This document shows positions 53,762 through 64,000 of a DNA stretch of 64,000 bases, in pieces (position 1 is the first letter of the stretch; every line of letters begins with the position of its first letter). Location of the stretch: assembly GCA_001724265.1 (NCBI GenBank), contig MEDY01000130.1, positions 1 through 64,000 on the forward strand, given 5' to 3'. A model generated the notes under the pieces. That model saw only the letters and a list, made by a program, of their open reading frames with translations, searched no databases and was not told the DNA's origin. The stretch comes from Rhizaria sp. SCN 62-66 (lineage: Eukaryota). Both the position numbers and the translations under genes were made by a program.

Positions 53762-56700
53762 TCACCGTGCAGCCTTAGCAAGCGCGCGCTTGATGAGCTC
53801 AGCCGCTTTAGTCGCGGAATCCTTCTCCGTCTTGCGCGCCTTGTCACCGTTCTTCTCGCTCTTACTACGCGCAACATCAATGTCAGCACCGGCGTCACCG
53901 CCAGCGGCCGCCGACGCATCGCGGCCCATGCTCTTGATAGTCTCGGCGACAGCGTCAATGTCGCTGCGGCTCATCACGCCGCCGTACTGCTTCAGCAGCC
54001 CCGCGACGAGCTCGCGCAGCACATGCACCTGCCGCTGCTGCGCCGCGAGCCGGCGCAAGTCCTTGCCGAAGGCGGCCGACAGCTCGCCCGCGCGCGCGCG
54101 CTCCGCCTCGAGCTGGCTCTCGAGCACAGCCACGCGCGTGCGCAGCGCCTCGACGACGGCTTCGCGCCCGCGCAGCTCCTCGGACTGCGCGCGCAGCGAC
54201 TCCGTGAGGAACGCGTACGGCTGCTGCTCGCTCTGGCCCGCCACGGCAGGCTGCCCCGCCTGCTGCTGCTGCAGGGTGAGCGCGGGGAACGCCGAGGTGG
54301 CCGCAAAGTCCATGCGCGCGCCCGGGCCGGGTGGGAACAGCGCGGCGTCAGCGCCCGCGACAGCCGCCATCGCGGAGCCGCCGAACCCGGCGCGCGCGGC
54401 GTCGGCAGACAGCAGCGCGAGCAGCGAGTCGCGCCGGCCCGCGCGCGCGGCCGCGGCGTGGATAGCGGCCAGCTCGGCGGCCTGTTTCTCGCCCGCCGCG
54501 CGGCTCTGCGCGAGCTCCTGCGTCAGGCGCGCGATCTCGGCCTGCTTCTCAGTCAAGCGGTGCGCCAGCAACAGCGACTGGCGCAGACGCTGCCGCGCCG
54601 CGCCAGTCGCAGCGGTCATGTCAGACCCGCCCGAAGCAAGCGCGCCGAGCACTGCGTCGACGCCGTGGATCTTGTGCGCGGACGCCGACGTGGCACCCGC
54701 GGCGCCGGGCCCGCTGCCGCCGCCAGACCAGAGAACGCGCTCGCCGGGATGCTTGCCCGCGCGGCCGGCCCCGCTGGCGTTGTCAAACGCGGCCGCAGTG
54801 TCTGCGCCCGCGCGCACGATGGCGAGGTCGAGGTCGTGCTCGAGCACTGCGTACGCCTGTAGCCGTCCGCGCAGCGCCTGCTCTGTGGCGCGCGACTCGG
54901 CCTCGAGCTTGGCCGTGGCCTCGCGCACGGCGTGGTACTCGGCCAAGATGACGTCGGCGCGTTCCTTGGCGGCGTCGTGCAACACGCGCATCGCCTGGTA
55001 GTCGTTGTGCGCCTTCTCGTACAGCCCCGCCACGCGCTCAGCTTCGGCGGCCTTGACGCGCAGCTGCGTCAGCGCGTCGGCCGCCTGTGCCTCAGCAGTG
55101 GCCTTGTCGTGCCGCAGCCGGTCCTCGGTCTCCTCGCGCGCGCGCCGCAGCTCGGACAGCTCGCTCTGCGCGCGCGCCAGCTGCGCCCAACCTTCGTCCT
55201 TGCTCTGCTTCAGCGCGGCCAGCTCGCGGTGGTGCACCTCGGTCTGCTGCGCGCGGACTTCGCTCAGAGCGGCCTCGGAGCGCTCGCGCAGCCGCGCCAG
55301 CTCGCCGTCGAGCCGCGACTCGTACTGCAGCCGCGCGTCAACCTGCGCGCGCAACAGCTGTTCGCCGAGCTCTTCCTTGTTGCGCTTCAGCGCGGCGGCC
55401 TTGTCGCGGGACCGTGCGAGCTCGCTCTCGGCCGTGCGCAGCTGCTCGCGGAGCAGGATTGCCTCGCGCAGCAAGTGCTCTTTGTCGGCCCGCAGCAGCG
55501 CCGCTTCCTGCTGCGCGTGGCCCATCTCCTCGCGCGCGCGCCGCGCCTCCTCGGTGGCAGCCTGCGTGGCCGCGGAGGATTCCTTCGCGGTCGCCGCGGC
55601 AGCGTCCGATGAGCCCTTGAGCCGGGCGACCTCCGCCTCGAGCTCGGCCGCGCGCGCAGAGACGAGGTCAAACCGGCGGCCCTTGTGCCGCAGCGACACG
55701 GCCTCGGTCTCGAGCGCGGCGTGCTCGGCCTCGTGCGTCGCGCGCTCGCTCGCCAGCTGCTGCAACAACCGCGCCTGCGTCTGCCGCGCGTCGGCCAGGT
55801 CACGCGCCTGCACCTCGGTCTGCGCTGTCAGCGACTGCGCGCGCTCCGACAGCTCGCGCACGGCCCCCGCGGCGCCCGCGGCGTGGGACCGGTGGCGCGC
55901 CACGGCTTGCCACAGCTGTGTCTGCACGCGCTCCAGCAGCGAAAGCGACTCCGGGGCGCGCGCCGCGAGCCGCGCGAACTGGACATCGTCGACCTCGAGC
56001 GACTCTACGGCCAGCGACGCCAGCAAGCGGTCCTTAACCGTGTTGGCGCCCGCGCGGAGCCCCGCGGCGTCGCGTTCCGCCGCAGCCGCGCGCGCAGTTG
56101 CAGCAGCGGCCGCAGTCGCGCCTCGCTCGGCCGCGGCGGCCGCGGCGGCGCGCGCGCGTTCGAGCTTGTCGATCTCGGTAAGCAGCGCGGCAACGTCGTT
56201 GCGGCCCGAGGTCTGGAGGCGGTGCGCGAGCGCATGCAGCGTCGCGTAGTCGGCCTGCAGCTGATGGCAGTGCAGCAGCAGCCGCGGCAGATCCAGTGAG
56301 GCCGGGAGCAGTTGCGAGAGAAGCTGGCCTTGATACGCAGCGCTCGCGGCGCCCGCCTTGTCGCCCTGCGCGGACATGGCGGGCACGGGCGTCGTCGCCA
56401 ACGCGGCCGCGACGGCCGCCGGTGGCGGCAGCGGTAGCATCGGGTGGCTCAGGCGGCGCAGTAGCGCGTCGACCTGGCCTACGTCGACATGCTCCACGGC
56501 CGTGACGCTCGTGTTGACCGAGCCCGCGCCAGCGCCGGTGCTGGGCGTGACACCGAAGCCGAGCCCGAGACTGGGGTCAGACGCCGGGATGACCGGGCCG
56601 CCGTGGGGGCCGGCACAGGCAGCGGAGTGCGTTGTCTGCGCGTGGGTCGCGAGTACGCCGGTGATGCTGTGGGACTGCGCGGGCGCCGGAAAGAGCTGCC

Positions 56701-57229
56701 GGTGCGCGCCAGAGGCGGCGGAGCCGGGACGACTGAGCCCCGCACCAACCGCGGCCGCGCTGGTGTCGGGCGCGGCCGCAGCGGCGGCGGGCGCGGAGAG
56801 GTTCATCGGGGGACTGATGGCGTATGGCCCGCCGGCGGCGGCGGCGGCGGCAGCCAGCGCGGCGGCCTCGGCGGCAAATCGAGGGTCGGGCGGAGAGATG
56901 GCGTTTGCGGCGGACACAGTGGGCGCGCTGGAGTAGTCATGCGGCAGCGCGCGGGCGCGGATGGCGGCCGCGGCGGAGGAGGCAGAGGCCGCGGCGGCGG
57001 CAGCGGAGGCGACGTGCGAAGATGTCGCGGACTGCGCGGCAGCGACGGATTCGGGGGGAGACACGCGGCGCGGAGTAACCAGGTCGTTAATGGCAGCGGG
57101 ATCCGCGGCGTAGGTGCCCGCGGCGGCCGGCGACGCGTGTGCGAGCGAGGACGACCCGGCGGGAGCGAGCGGCGGCAAGGCGTCCCCGGAGCCGCCGCTG
57201 CCCGTTACGGGAGGCAGCTTCAGCGACAT
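53762..57229 (-). CDS. PIBF1: Centrosomal coiled-coil protein PIBF1/CEP90
   Basis: Ordered blocks matching remembered PIBF1: LEVDDVQFARLAARAPESLSLLE, LLRADKEHL, YESRLDGELARLR, YAVLEHDLDLAI, ARQRLRQSLLLAHR, QPYAFLTESLR; ends TGA. Confidence 0.85.
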   Translation of the reverse strand: MSLKLPPVTGSGGSGDALPPLAPAGSSSLAHASPAAAGTYAADPAAINDLVTPRRVSPPESVAAAQSATSSHVASAAAAAASASSAAAAIRARALPHDYSSAPTVSAANAISPPDPRFAAEAAALAAAAAAAGGPYAISPPMNLSAPAAAAAAPDTSAAAVGAGLSRPGSAASGAHRQLFPAPAQSHSITGVLATHAQTTHSAACAGPHGGPVIPASDPSLGLGFGVTPSTGAGAGSVNTSVTAVEHVDVGQVDALLRRLSHPMLPLPPPAAVAAALATTPVPAMSAQGDKAGAASAAYQGQLLSQLLPASLDLPRLLLHCHQLQADYATLHALAHRLQTSGRNDVAALLTEIDKLERARAAAAAAAERGATAAAAATARAAAAERDAAGLRAGANTVKDRLLASLAVESLEVDDVQFARLAARAPESLSLLERVQTQLWQAVARHRSHAAGAAGAVRELSERAQSLTAQTEVQARDLADARQTQARLLQQLASERATHEAEHAALETEAVSLRHKGRRFDLVSARAAELEAEVARLKGSSDAAAATAKESSAATQAATEEARRAREEMGHAQQEAALLRADKEHLLREAILLREQLRTAESELARSRDKAAALKRNKEELGEQLLRAQVDARLQYESRLDGELARLRERSEAALSEVRAQQTEVHHRELAALKQSKDEGWAQLARAQSELSELRRAREETEDRLRHDKATAEAQAADALTQLRVKAAEAERVAGLYEKAHNDYQAMRVLHDAAKERADVILAEYHAVREATAKLEAESRATEQALRGRLQAYAVLEHDLDLAIVRAGADTAAAFDNASGAGRAGKHPGERVLWSGGGSGPGAAGATSASAHKIHGVDAVLGALASGGSDMTAATGAARQRLRQSLLLAHRLTEKQAEIARLTQELAQSRAAGEKQAAELAAIHAAAARAGRRDSLLALLSADAARAGFGGSAMAAVAGADAALFPPGPGARMDFAATSAFPALTLQQQQAGQPAVAGQSEQQPYAFLTESLRAQSEELRGREAVVEALRTRVAVLESQLEAERARAGELSAAFGKDLRRLAAQQRQVHVLRELVAGLLKQYGGVMSRSDIDAVAETIKSMGRDASAAAGGDAGADIDVARSKSEKNGDKARKTEKDSATKAAELIKRALAKAAR

Positions 57230-57910
57230 TGGGGCGCAGGGTGGGAGCGCAAAAGCCGTATCTAAAGAAACAGCAGTTGAATGGCTGTCGTCTAGCTAGC
57301 CTGAAATACACCTCGCAAGTTGGTGTGGTGCGTAGAGCGGCCGGGAAACGGAGTGAAGAAACCCACACGCTCGGTTTCAGAAGCCTCTGAAGGTAGCCGG
57401 TGTCAATGAAACAAAATGCAAAATAGTGTTTTGTAAGGAGTACGTCATATTTTCATCCGAAATACTGTTGAATTTTAAAAGCACGATTAAAAACTCCCAT
57501 ATTTTGAATCTCTTTGAACCTCTTGTTTTGGCGCCCTCCAACGGCTAGGCGTCGTGGCTCTGTGTGAGGCAAAAGCAGACCTCTCAGCGACAGATCTTTG
57601 CAGATTACGGACGGGGAGTAAGAGATTGTTAGTGTATTCTAATGAAAATGTACACGAAACCATGTTGCGTATGTGATGGCAATATATGCTTACACACGTG
57701 CATTGGTCTCTGAGGGGAAAATGACGTGGGCATGTAAGTGTCACACCTCACGTTTCGCCAGATTTCGGGTCTTAACGACGCACTTAAAGACATCAACAGC
57801 CGCAGATCATGCTTGCGACTTAAGGCGTACTACAAGCACGGTTCACCCACAGTATATCCTACGTGTAGCGCGACATGGCTGCGTTGATGCCGTCATCTGT
57901 GAGCGTGCGC

Positions 57911-58314
57911 TTAGACGACCTTGGCCTTTAGCTCGCCCATTTCGACGAGCTCCTCGAGAGTGGCGTAGTCGCCGATGTACACGCCGTCGACGAACAACTG
58001 CGGCAAGGAGCGCTTGTTCTCAGCGCCGGACTTCTCGGCCAGAAGCTACACGGGTGAGGCAAGATGAAGAGAAAGAGGGGAGTGAGCAGGAGAGGAAGGG
58101 AGAGGCACGCGCGATGGCGTCACTGAAAGGTCCGAGTAAAGGAGAGCAGATGAGGACCACGTACCTGGCGAGCAGCCTCGTCAACGGCGCAGTCAACCTC
58201 GGTGTAGGGCGCCTTAAAGGACAGCAACCAGGTCTTGACCTGGGTGGTGTTCTTGTTGACGAAGACGTTGCCGGCAACGGAGGAGGTGTACAGAACAACC
58301 TTCTTTCCAGACAT
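57911..58314 (-). CDS. SH3BGR-like glutaredoxin-fold protein; exons 58314-58165 and 58045-57911
   Basis: VVLYTSSVAGN...YTEVD, then intron 58164-58046 (GTACGT...GTGTAG, 119 nt), then LPQLFVDGVYIGDYATLEELVEMGEL; no CxxC; ends TAA. Confidence 0.9.
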
Positions 58315-58741
58315 CTGACTGTTGAGGGGTGACGCAGAGGGAGATCAAGGAGTGGTGAAGATCAGTTTTAGATAATTAGACAACAACTCAATTTGTCCGT
58401 GTTGCACAATGTTGCAGAGCAAAATGACGATCAGTTATGTCAGGTTCACGAGTGATTCATAAACTCGACGCCTCCTCTGCCACTCGGCCATTGACGTGAG
58501 CCGACCCAGTGAGAAACGACCACATGGAATTTCTGAGTTCAACAGATGTAATCGTATTTTCAAGACCTGTAATTAACGAGTTAGGACAAATGCAGTCTGT
58601 CTTATTCGGGATTAACACTTATTTTTCTTGTAACGGTTGTATGTCGCCGCATATCAATAGGTTTTGAGGCGTTCATCTTAGAGCTGCTTCCCAACCCCAC
58701 ACTCGCTCTCACCCGCCCGTCTCCGGGCTTCTGGGCTTCCC

Positions 58742-61700
58742 ATGTCGCTCTATCGCCCGATGCTGGGCACTACCGACACCCCGATTGCACCCGTGGAGCC
58801 TGCTCCCCCGCGCCGGTCCCCACATGCACCTGCGTCGACGCACAAACGCAATGCACCGCATAGCTCGCACCATCACGGCGGCCGCGGTTCAGGCTCAGCG
58901 CAGCACGCGCAGCCGCTGCAACAGCTGGCCGCGCCTGACGTTGCCAGCGCACCAGACAGCAACCCGGACGCATTAGACGACGCCAATGTTGGCGCTGAGG
59001 AAGATGCCAGCTCTGAGGCAGATGCAATCGCAAAGGTTCAGGTTGAAACTGAAGCGGACGGTGGTGATTCGAACGAGAACGCTATTGTCACAGCTATTGA
59101 CGATCTCATGGATGACGGTGGTGCTTATGAACACGACGCTACTACGTTGACATCTGCCGATGCTGGCCCTGCGCCTCAGCGCCCAGCCCCGCAGCACCCC
59201 GCGCCGCGCGCTCAGTCACCAAGCAATCAGCCACCGCGTTCTCAGTCGCCGCGCACACAGTCGTCTCGCTCTCAGTTGCCGCGCCAATCACTCACACGCA
59301 CACATGCACTGCCGCGCAGCGACGCCCCCGCGCTCTCCCCCGCGCACTCCCCCGCGCACTCCCCCGCGCACTCCCCCGCGCACTCCCCCGCGCACTCGCG
59401 CGCACACTCACCAGCACCGGTGCCCACCGAAACATCACTGGCGACATCACTCGCGACAGCCGCACCAACATCTTCAACGACGCTGTTAACACAAGCGCCG
59501 GCGTCTCCGTTGCGAACGCAGTCTATGTCGCAGACACGCGCCGCCGCAGCCGCCGCGACTGCCTCCGCTTCGGCCGTCACGTCCCCGCTGCGCGCGCGCT
59601 TTGAGGGCGCGCTTGGCCCGGCCGCAGTCGCAGCTGCTGCCGTGCCTATGTCCACCGCCAACTCTAGCAGCTCTAGCGGCTCTGGCTTGGCTTCTGGCGC
59701 AGCCGCGGGCGATAGCGCGTTTGTGGCGTCTGCGTCGGCCGCGGCACGTGCGCGCGCGCGTGCGTACGGGCGCGGCCACGTGCCGGCACTGCAGCGCGCC
59801 GCAGCGTCAGCAGCGACGTCTGCCTACGGCGCACCGGCGTTGCTCAGCAGTGCGCTGCTCAGCAACACGCAAATCAGCAGCACACTCCTCGGCAACACTC
59901 CGAGTACCGGGGCGAAAAGCAATGGTAATAAGACAGCGCAACAGAGTGGGTATGCGCGTTCATTTGCGTACGCGCATCAGCACGCGCGCCCCGAGCCCAC
60001 GGCGTCAGTCTCCGGAACTGACAACATCGACGGCAGTGCGGTTGCGAATGCGAGTGCCGTGCCAGAACCGGTGCAAGTGGCGACACCGGCGCCGGTGCTA
60101 GTTTCGCTGTCGCAGCGGCACATGGCGCAGCTATACTCGCGCCACGCAGCGTCGCTCGCTGACGAACTATCGATGGCTGCGACGGCGACGGCGCACAACA
60201 ACAGTCTCAGCAATACTGGCGCAAGCGCTTCATTCCCACTCACGGTCACCGCCGCAGGTGCGCTGTCGCAGAGCGCCGTTGCCGGCTCCGACGGGGCTTC
60301 TCTCACTGCAGGCGCCGTGAATCACGACACTGCTGACACGGTTGCCCACGCGAGTGATGCGCCTGTAACTGGGGAGGACGTCGTGACACTGCGCGCAAGC
60401 ATTGTGGCTCGCAGCGGTGCCGCTACATGCGCACACTGCCGCGCACCGCTTGCGGACTGCTGCTGCGGTCACCCCACTGCCAGCCTGCGCTTTCGTACGC
60501 GTGCACGCTCATCAGCGCCGTTGCGCCCACAGTTGCCGCTGCGCTCACAGTCACCCGCGCGCTCCCGGTCGCCGTCGCGGTCACAGTCTAACACGCATTC
60601 ACTCTCGCATCCACTCTCGCGGTCGCAAACACCGTCACCATCGCTGTCGCCTCGCCGTGCGGCTGACCCCAGCACACATGCGGACACAGAGACTGAGCTC
60701 TACGCCGACGCTGCGGCCGCGCTGCCGCTGGCGCTGGCGGCTCCGCGCGGCCTGTCTCCGCCGCGCGCTGCGCTCGTGCAGCCGTTTGGGATGTCACTGG
60801 GCCGTGTCACCGCGAACGTGCTCGCCGCAACCGCGCCCGCGGGCCCCGCGTCGGTGCCACCCATCGCGACGCACAAGCTCGGACTGCGTCCCGACAACGC
60901 AGCACAGAAGACCACTGATTCTGAGACTACGACAGTAGCCGATGCGCCAAGTGCTGTGAGAGTGGTTGCGACGGGCGCACCTAGTTCCCGCCGCATACTG
61001 TCGACTGTCTCTGGCGTTCAAGCGCCCTCATCGAACTCTTTCCTCGAGAACCACGCATCTCACCACGCCGAGAGCGCGCACGCCCGTGCTGCCGTCACAG
61101 CGAAACGCGTCATTGAGACTGAGCCTGACATCGGCGCGAGCGCTGGTGTGGGGCTCGGCGTGGGCCCCCTGGGCCGGCCGCTGCAGTCGCGGCGGCGCGC
61201 GTGGCGGCGCGAGGCCATGGCGCCCCCCACCGCGGCGCTGGTTGTGCGACCGCCGCTGGGCCGCTCGCGGGCCGAGACCGACGCCGCCAACGCCGCCGCC
61301 GCTGCTGCTGTTGCTGCGAGTGTGGCCGCGAGAACCGGCGCCCTGCGCGTGGCGCGACTGGCGCGGCCCGCGGACAAGGCGGGCGCGAATGCGGCGACAT
61401 TTAACGCGAACTGCGCGCCAAGCGCTGCCGGGCTTGCGGTCAGTGCTGGTGCGCACCCGGCCGCGGCGGGTAAACGTGACGGCTTGAAGTCGCCAGGTTC
61501 TGGCTACTTCCTCCAGGGCATCTTGAAGCCGTCAGAAGAATTACACAGTCAAGATCAAGAGCAGGAGCAAGTGCGCACTGACTCGGTGGCTGATGCAGAG
61601 GTCGAGACTGCGGTAGCTGAGGTTGGCGCTGCTGTTGGCGCTGAGGCTCAGACCGAGGTTGCCACTGATGCAGATGCTGGCTTGAATCCGACCGCTGCTG

Positions 61701-63496
61701 CTGACGCCGACGCTGATACAGAGGCTGCAGCGAGAGAAAACGCTGGCGATGAGAAGGCGACTGCTGCCGACTCAGAGGTTGTTACTAATGATGCCGCAGC
61801 GACTACTAGTCCAAAATCTGGTTATAACACAACTGAATCTGCCACCGCGACTGTTGAGACAGAGCCCACGCCCCGGTCGCGCGCGGCGAATTCGACCGTG
61901 AACAAAGGGCTGGCGCGCGGCTTCGCGTGTCGCCCCAACGGTTCAAAGCCCGATCTCACTGCGGGGGCCACGCTGACTGCGACCGACAGAGAGAGCGCTG
62001 GCGCTGCGGCCCCACTGCGCGCGCTGACCACGAGCTGGACATCCACCGCCGCCGCAGTCCGCAAGGCGTCTGACGCAAACGCAAGCGCCGCGTCAACAGC
62101 AACGACGCCTGTTGCGCTCGGCGACCGCGTCAACACAGCGTATCTGTTCTCTGGCGCCGTGAACGGCGGTGACGACGAGACTGGCGCTCAGGGCCACGCT
62201 GGTCCGAGAGGCGGACTCGCGGCGTCGTATTCACGCTCACTGCTCTCACTCTCGCACTCGCGCGACGGGCTCGAAGCGAGTCACGGCGACAGTCACGCTG
62301 ACGGCTTTCACGATGAGATCGGCGCTATTGATGCAGGTTACTTCTTACAAAACGGCGATCTCTCGTCTTCACGCGGCATTCTCAATTCCGGTCGCACTGG
62401 CCCCACCTCCGCCTTTGCATTAAGCGCACAGTGGCGCATGCAGCATCGCCTGCGCCGCGCACTGGAGCTCGGCGCAAGCGGCAATGGCGGCGATGAACAC
62501 ACTGCCAGCGACCGCGCGCAGTCGCGCGGCCAGAACCAGCCGCGGCTGATTCACGAGCGCGCACCTCTGTTCCCGCGCGCTGATCCCGCTGGCCCGACCG
62601 TGCGCGTGCCCACTGCGCGCGCCGACGCTGAAGCCGCTGAGGCCGGGCGCCGCGCTGTTGATGTAGCGCAGCTGGGCTGGGGCGTGGCGTCGTTGCCGGG
62701 CCTTGTTCTCCGCCGTGCGCGCACCGCCACCACCACCGCGAACGCTGGCTTGACACGCGCATGCGATGACGAGGCAGTGGGGTTTGGGGCTGCGGCCACG
62801 GACGCGCACACGGCGCGACTCACTGGCGTCGCTAACACAACGGTTTTGCCAGCTACGGGACCCGTGACCGCGCGTCCTGCCACCGTGCCTGCCCTTGCCT
62901 GCACCAATTCCACGGGGTTTGGCAATGCCGCTGCGCTGGTGAGCGTGGAGGCTGGAACGCACACGACGGCGCGACTCGCGACCACGGCCACGGCGGCGTC
63001 GGCGGCGTTTGCAGCCGCGGGGCCCGGCGCGGCGCGCGTGCTCGCGGCTGCAACGGCGGCGCGAAGTGGACGAGAGCTTCCCGCCTCGGCGCGCCACGCG
63101 TTATCGACAACCACCAGCACTGTCCAGACCAATGACCATACTGCGCAGCGCACCGCAGTCAGCCAACGCGCGGCTGCGGCTGCGGCGGCCGCGGCGACAT
63201 CGAGCGGGATCTGGGTTGCGCCACTGGACGCCGCAAACGCGCGCCGTAACCGCTACCTCTCCGCAATGGCTCCGCCAGCAGCGTCAGCATATGGCTCGAC
63301 TAGCGGCGCGACTGCGGTGATGTTGCCGCAGGTTTTGGGGCCGCGGGCTCGACTCCCGGCGCAACACATGCTGCCTGTTGCGGGCGCGCACTTGGTGGCG
63401 CGGCCGGGAGAGTTCTCTGCTGCGTTCCGCGACAAGGCGAGCCGGGACCGCGCGCGGCGCGCAGAAGCTGCTGCTTTCGATTCGTCACTGCTGTGA
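58742..63496 (+). CDS. Large low-complexity Ala/Ser/Thr/Pro-rich hypothetical protein (1584 aa)
   Basis: 4.75-kb ATG-initiated ORF bounded by AT-rich spacers; no recognisable domain; ends TGA. Confidence 0.75.
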   Translation: MSLYRPMLGTTDTPIAPVEPAPPRRSPHAPASTHKRNAPHSSHHHGGRGSGSAQHAQPLQQLAAPDVASAPDSNPDALDDANVGAEEDASSEADAIAKVQVETEADGGDSNENAIVTAIDDLMDDGGAYEHDATTLTSADAGPAPQRPAPQHPAPRAQSPSNQPPRSQSPRTQSSRSQLPRQSLTRTHALPRSDAPALSPAHSPAHSPAHSPAHSPAHSRAHSPAPVPTETSLATSLATAAPTSSTTLLTQAPASPLRTQSMSQTRAAAAAATASASAVTSPLRARFEGALGPAAVAAAAVPMSTANSSSSSGSGLASGAAAGDSAFVASASAAARARARAYGRGHVPALQRAAASAATSAYGAPALLSSALLSNTQISSTLLGNTPSTGAKSNGNKTAQQSGYARSFAYAHQHARPEPTASVSGTDNIDGSAVANASAVPEPVQVATPAPVLVSLSQRHMAQLYSRHAASLADELSMAATATAHNNSLSNTGASASFPLTVTAAGALSQSAVAGSDGASLTAGAVNHDTADTVAHASDAPVTGEDVVTLRASIVARSGAATCAHCRAPLADCCCGHPTASLRFRTRARSSAPLRPQLPLRSQSPARSRSPSRSQSNTHSLSHPLSRSQTPSPSLSPRRAADPSTHADTETELYADAAAALPLALAAPRGLSPPRAALVQPFGMSLGRVTANVLAATAPAGPASVPPIATHKLGLRPDNAAQKTTDSETTTVADAPSAVRVVATGAPSSRRILSTVSGVQAPSSNSFLENHASHHAESAHARAAVTAKRVIETEPDIGASAGVGLGVGPLGRPLQSRRRAWRREAMAPPTAALVVRPPLGRSRAETDAANAAAAAAVAASVAARTGALRVARLARPADKAGANAATFNANCAPSAAGLAVSAGAHPAAAGKRDGLKSPGSGYFLQGILKPSEELHSQDQEQEQVRTDSVADAEVETAVAEVGAAVGAEAQTEVATDADAGLNPTAAADADADTEAAARENAGDEKATAADSEVVTNDAAATTSPKSGYNTTESATATVETEPTPRSRAANSTVNKGLARGFACRPNGSKPDLTAGATLTATDRESAGAAAPLRALTTSWTSTAAAVRKASDANASAASTATTPVALGDRVNTAYLFSGAVNGGDDETGAQGHAGPRGGLAASYSRSLLSLSHSRDGLEASHGDSHADGFHDEIGAIDAGYFLQNGDLSSSRGILNSGRTGPTSAFALSAQWRMQHRLRRALELGASGNGGDEHTASDRAQSRGQNQPRLIHERAPLFPRADPAGPTVRVPTARADAEAAEAGRRAVDVAQLGWGVASLPGLVLRRARTATTTANAGLTRACDDEAVGFGAAATDAHTARLTGVANTTVLPATGPVTARPATVPALACTNSTGFGNAAALVSVEAGTHTTARLATTATAASAAFAAAGPGAARVLAAATAARSGRELPASARHALSTTTSTVQTNDHTAQRTAVSQRAAAAAAAAATSSGIWVAPLDAANARRNRYLSAMAPPAASAYGSTSGATAVMLPQVLGPRARLPAQHMLPVAGAHLVARPGEFSAAFRDKASRDRARRAEAAAFDSSLL
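59336..59395 (+). repeat. 12-bp coding tandem repeat x5 (SPAH)
   Basis: TCCCCCGCGCAC repeated five times. Confidence 0.9.
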
Positions 63497-63677
63497 TTAA
63501 TAACAGTTCGATACTCCTAAAAAAATATTTGATTACAGTTACATTAGAAAACGAGTTACATAATTGTGATAATTAAATAATATTGGATTTATTCATGATA
63601 ATATTAAGAGGCTACTTAGAATACACAGTTTTTCATTTCATTTGGGATAATTGTCGGTGTTAAGCAAACGCACGATT

Positions 63678-64000
63678 TTAGACGCGCTTGAACTCAGAGG
63701 GCACGAGTCCGCGGCCACGCATGTACTGATGCAGTGCCTGGCGCTTTGCAGCCACAAGCTCTAACCTGCGCTCGATCTCTTCGGGCTCCAGCAACTCAGC
63801 ACTGCCGACGTCCGCACTGGCACTGTCGCTACTCACAGTACCCGTGGAACCCGTGGGCTTCGACGCGGACTTCTTCGCGGTTTGCGACTTCAGCGTCTGA
63901 GTCTGGGACTGCGACGGGGGTTGCGAGCGCAAGCGACCGGTGCTGTTGTTGCTGCTCGCAACGCTGTTATTAGCAGATGTTGCGGCCGCAGTCGCAGTCG
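63678..64000 (-). CDS. 3' end of a hypothetical protein running off the window
   Basis: Frame open from the window edge to TAA at 63678-63680; coding-like composition next to an AT-rich spacer. Confidence 0.7.
   Translation of the reverse strand, partial: TATAAATSANNSVASSNNSTGRLRSQPPSQSQTQTLKSQTAKKSASKPTGSTGTVSSDSASADVGSAELLEPEEIERRLELVAAKRQALHQYMRGRGLVPSEFKRV

Noticed and set aside
1-64000. tRNA (including a CUA suppressor), rRNA, CRISPR array or transposase
   Set aside because: None recognisable by eye; the tandem repeats seen are coding or microsatellite repeats without spacers.

Overview
Eukaryotic (protist-like) nuclear DNA, not prokaryotic. About 17 GC-rich, mostly intronless protein genes are separated by AT-rich spacers. 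Four short genes each carry one visible 119-200 nt GT-AG intron with a GTACG(T/C) donor. Recognisable genes: proteasome alpha7 (3' part), DIS3/RRP44, a secreted Asp-box (BNR) protein, a full-size PDR/ABCG transporter, NAA25, SPC3, PKA catalytic subunit, a C-terminal-motor kinesin (kinesin-14), a C1orf109/AIRIM-like protein, a 17beta-HSD12/KAR-type SDR, a WW-like+NEK kinase, PIBF1/CEP90 (suggesting a centriole/flagellum) and an SH3BGR-like glutaredoxin. There are also several Ala-rich orphans. Main observation: two long genes are each interrupted by a single in-frame TAG (21755-21757 and 43974-43976) with coding-like sequence continuing straight through, while none of the 17 gene ends in the window uses TAG (10 TAA, 7 TGA). 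This points to a variant nuclear genetic code in which UAG alone is a sense codon, or to efficient UAG readthrough. Second highlight: two perfect CCHC zinc knuckles inserted inside the kinesin motor domain. All family assignments come from motif recognition by eye, not database searches.
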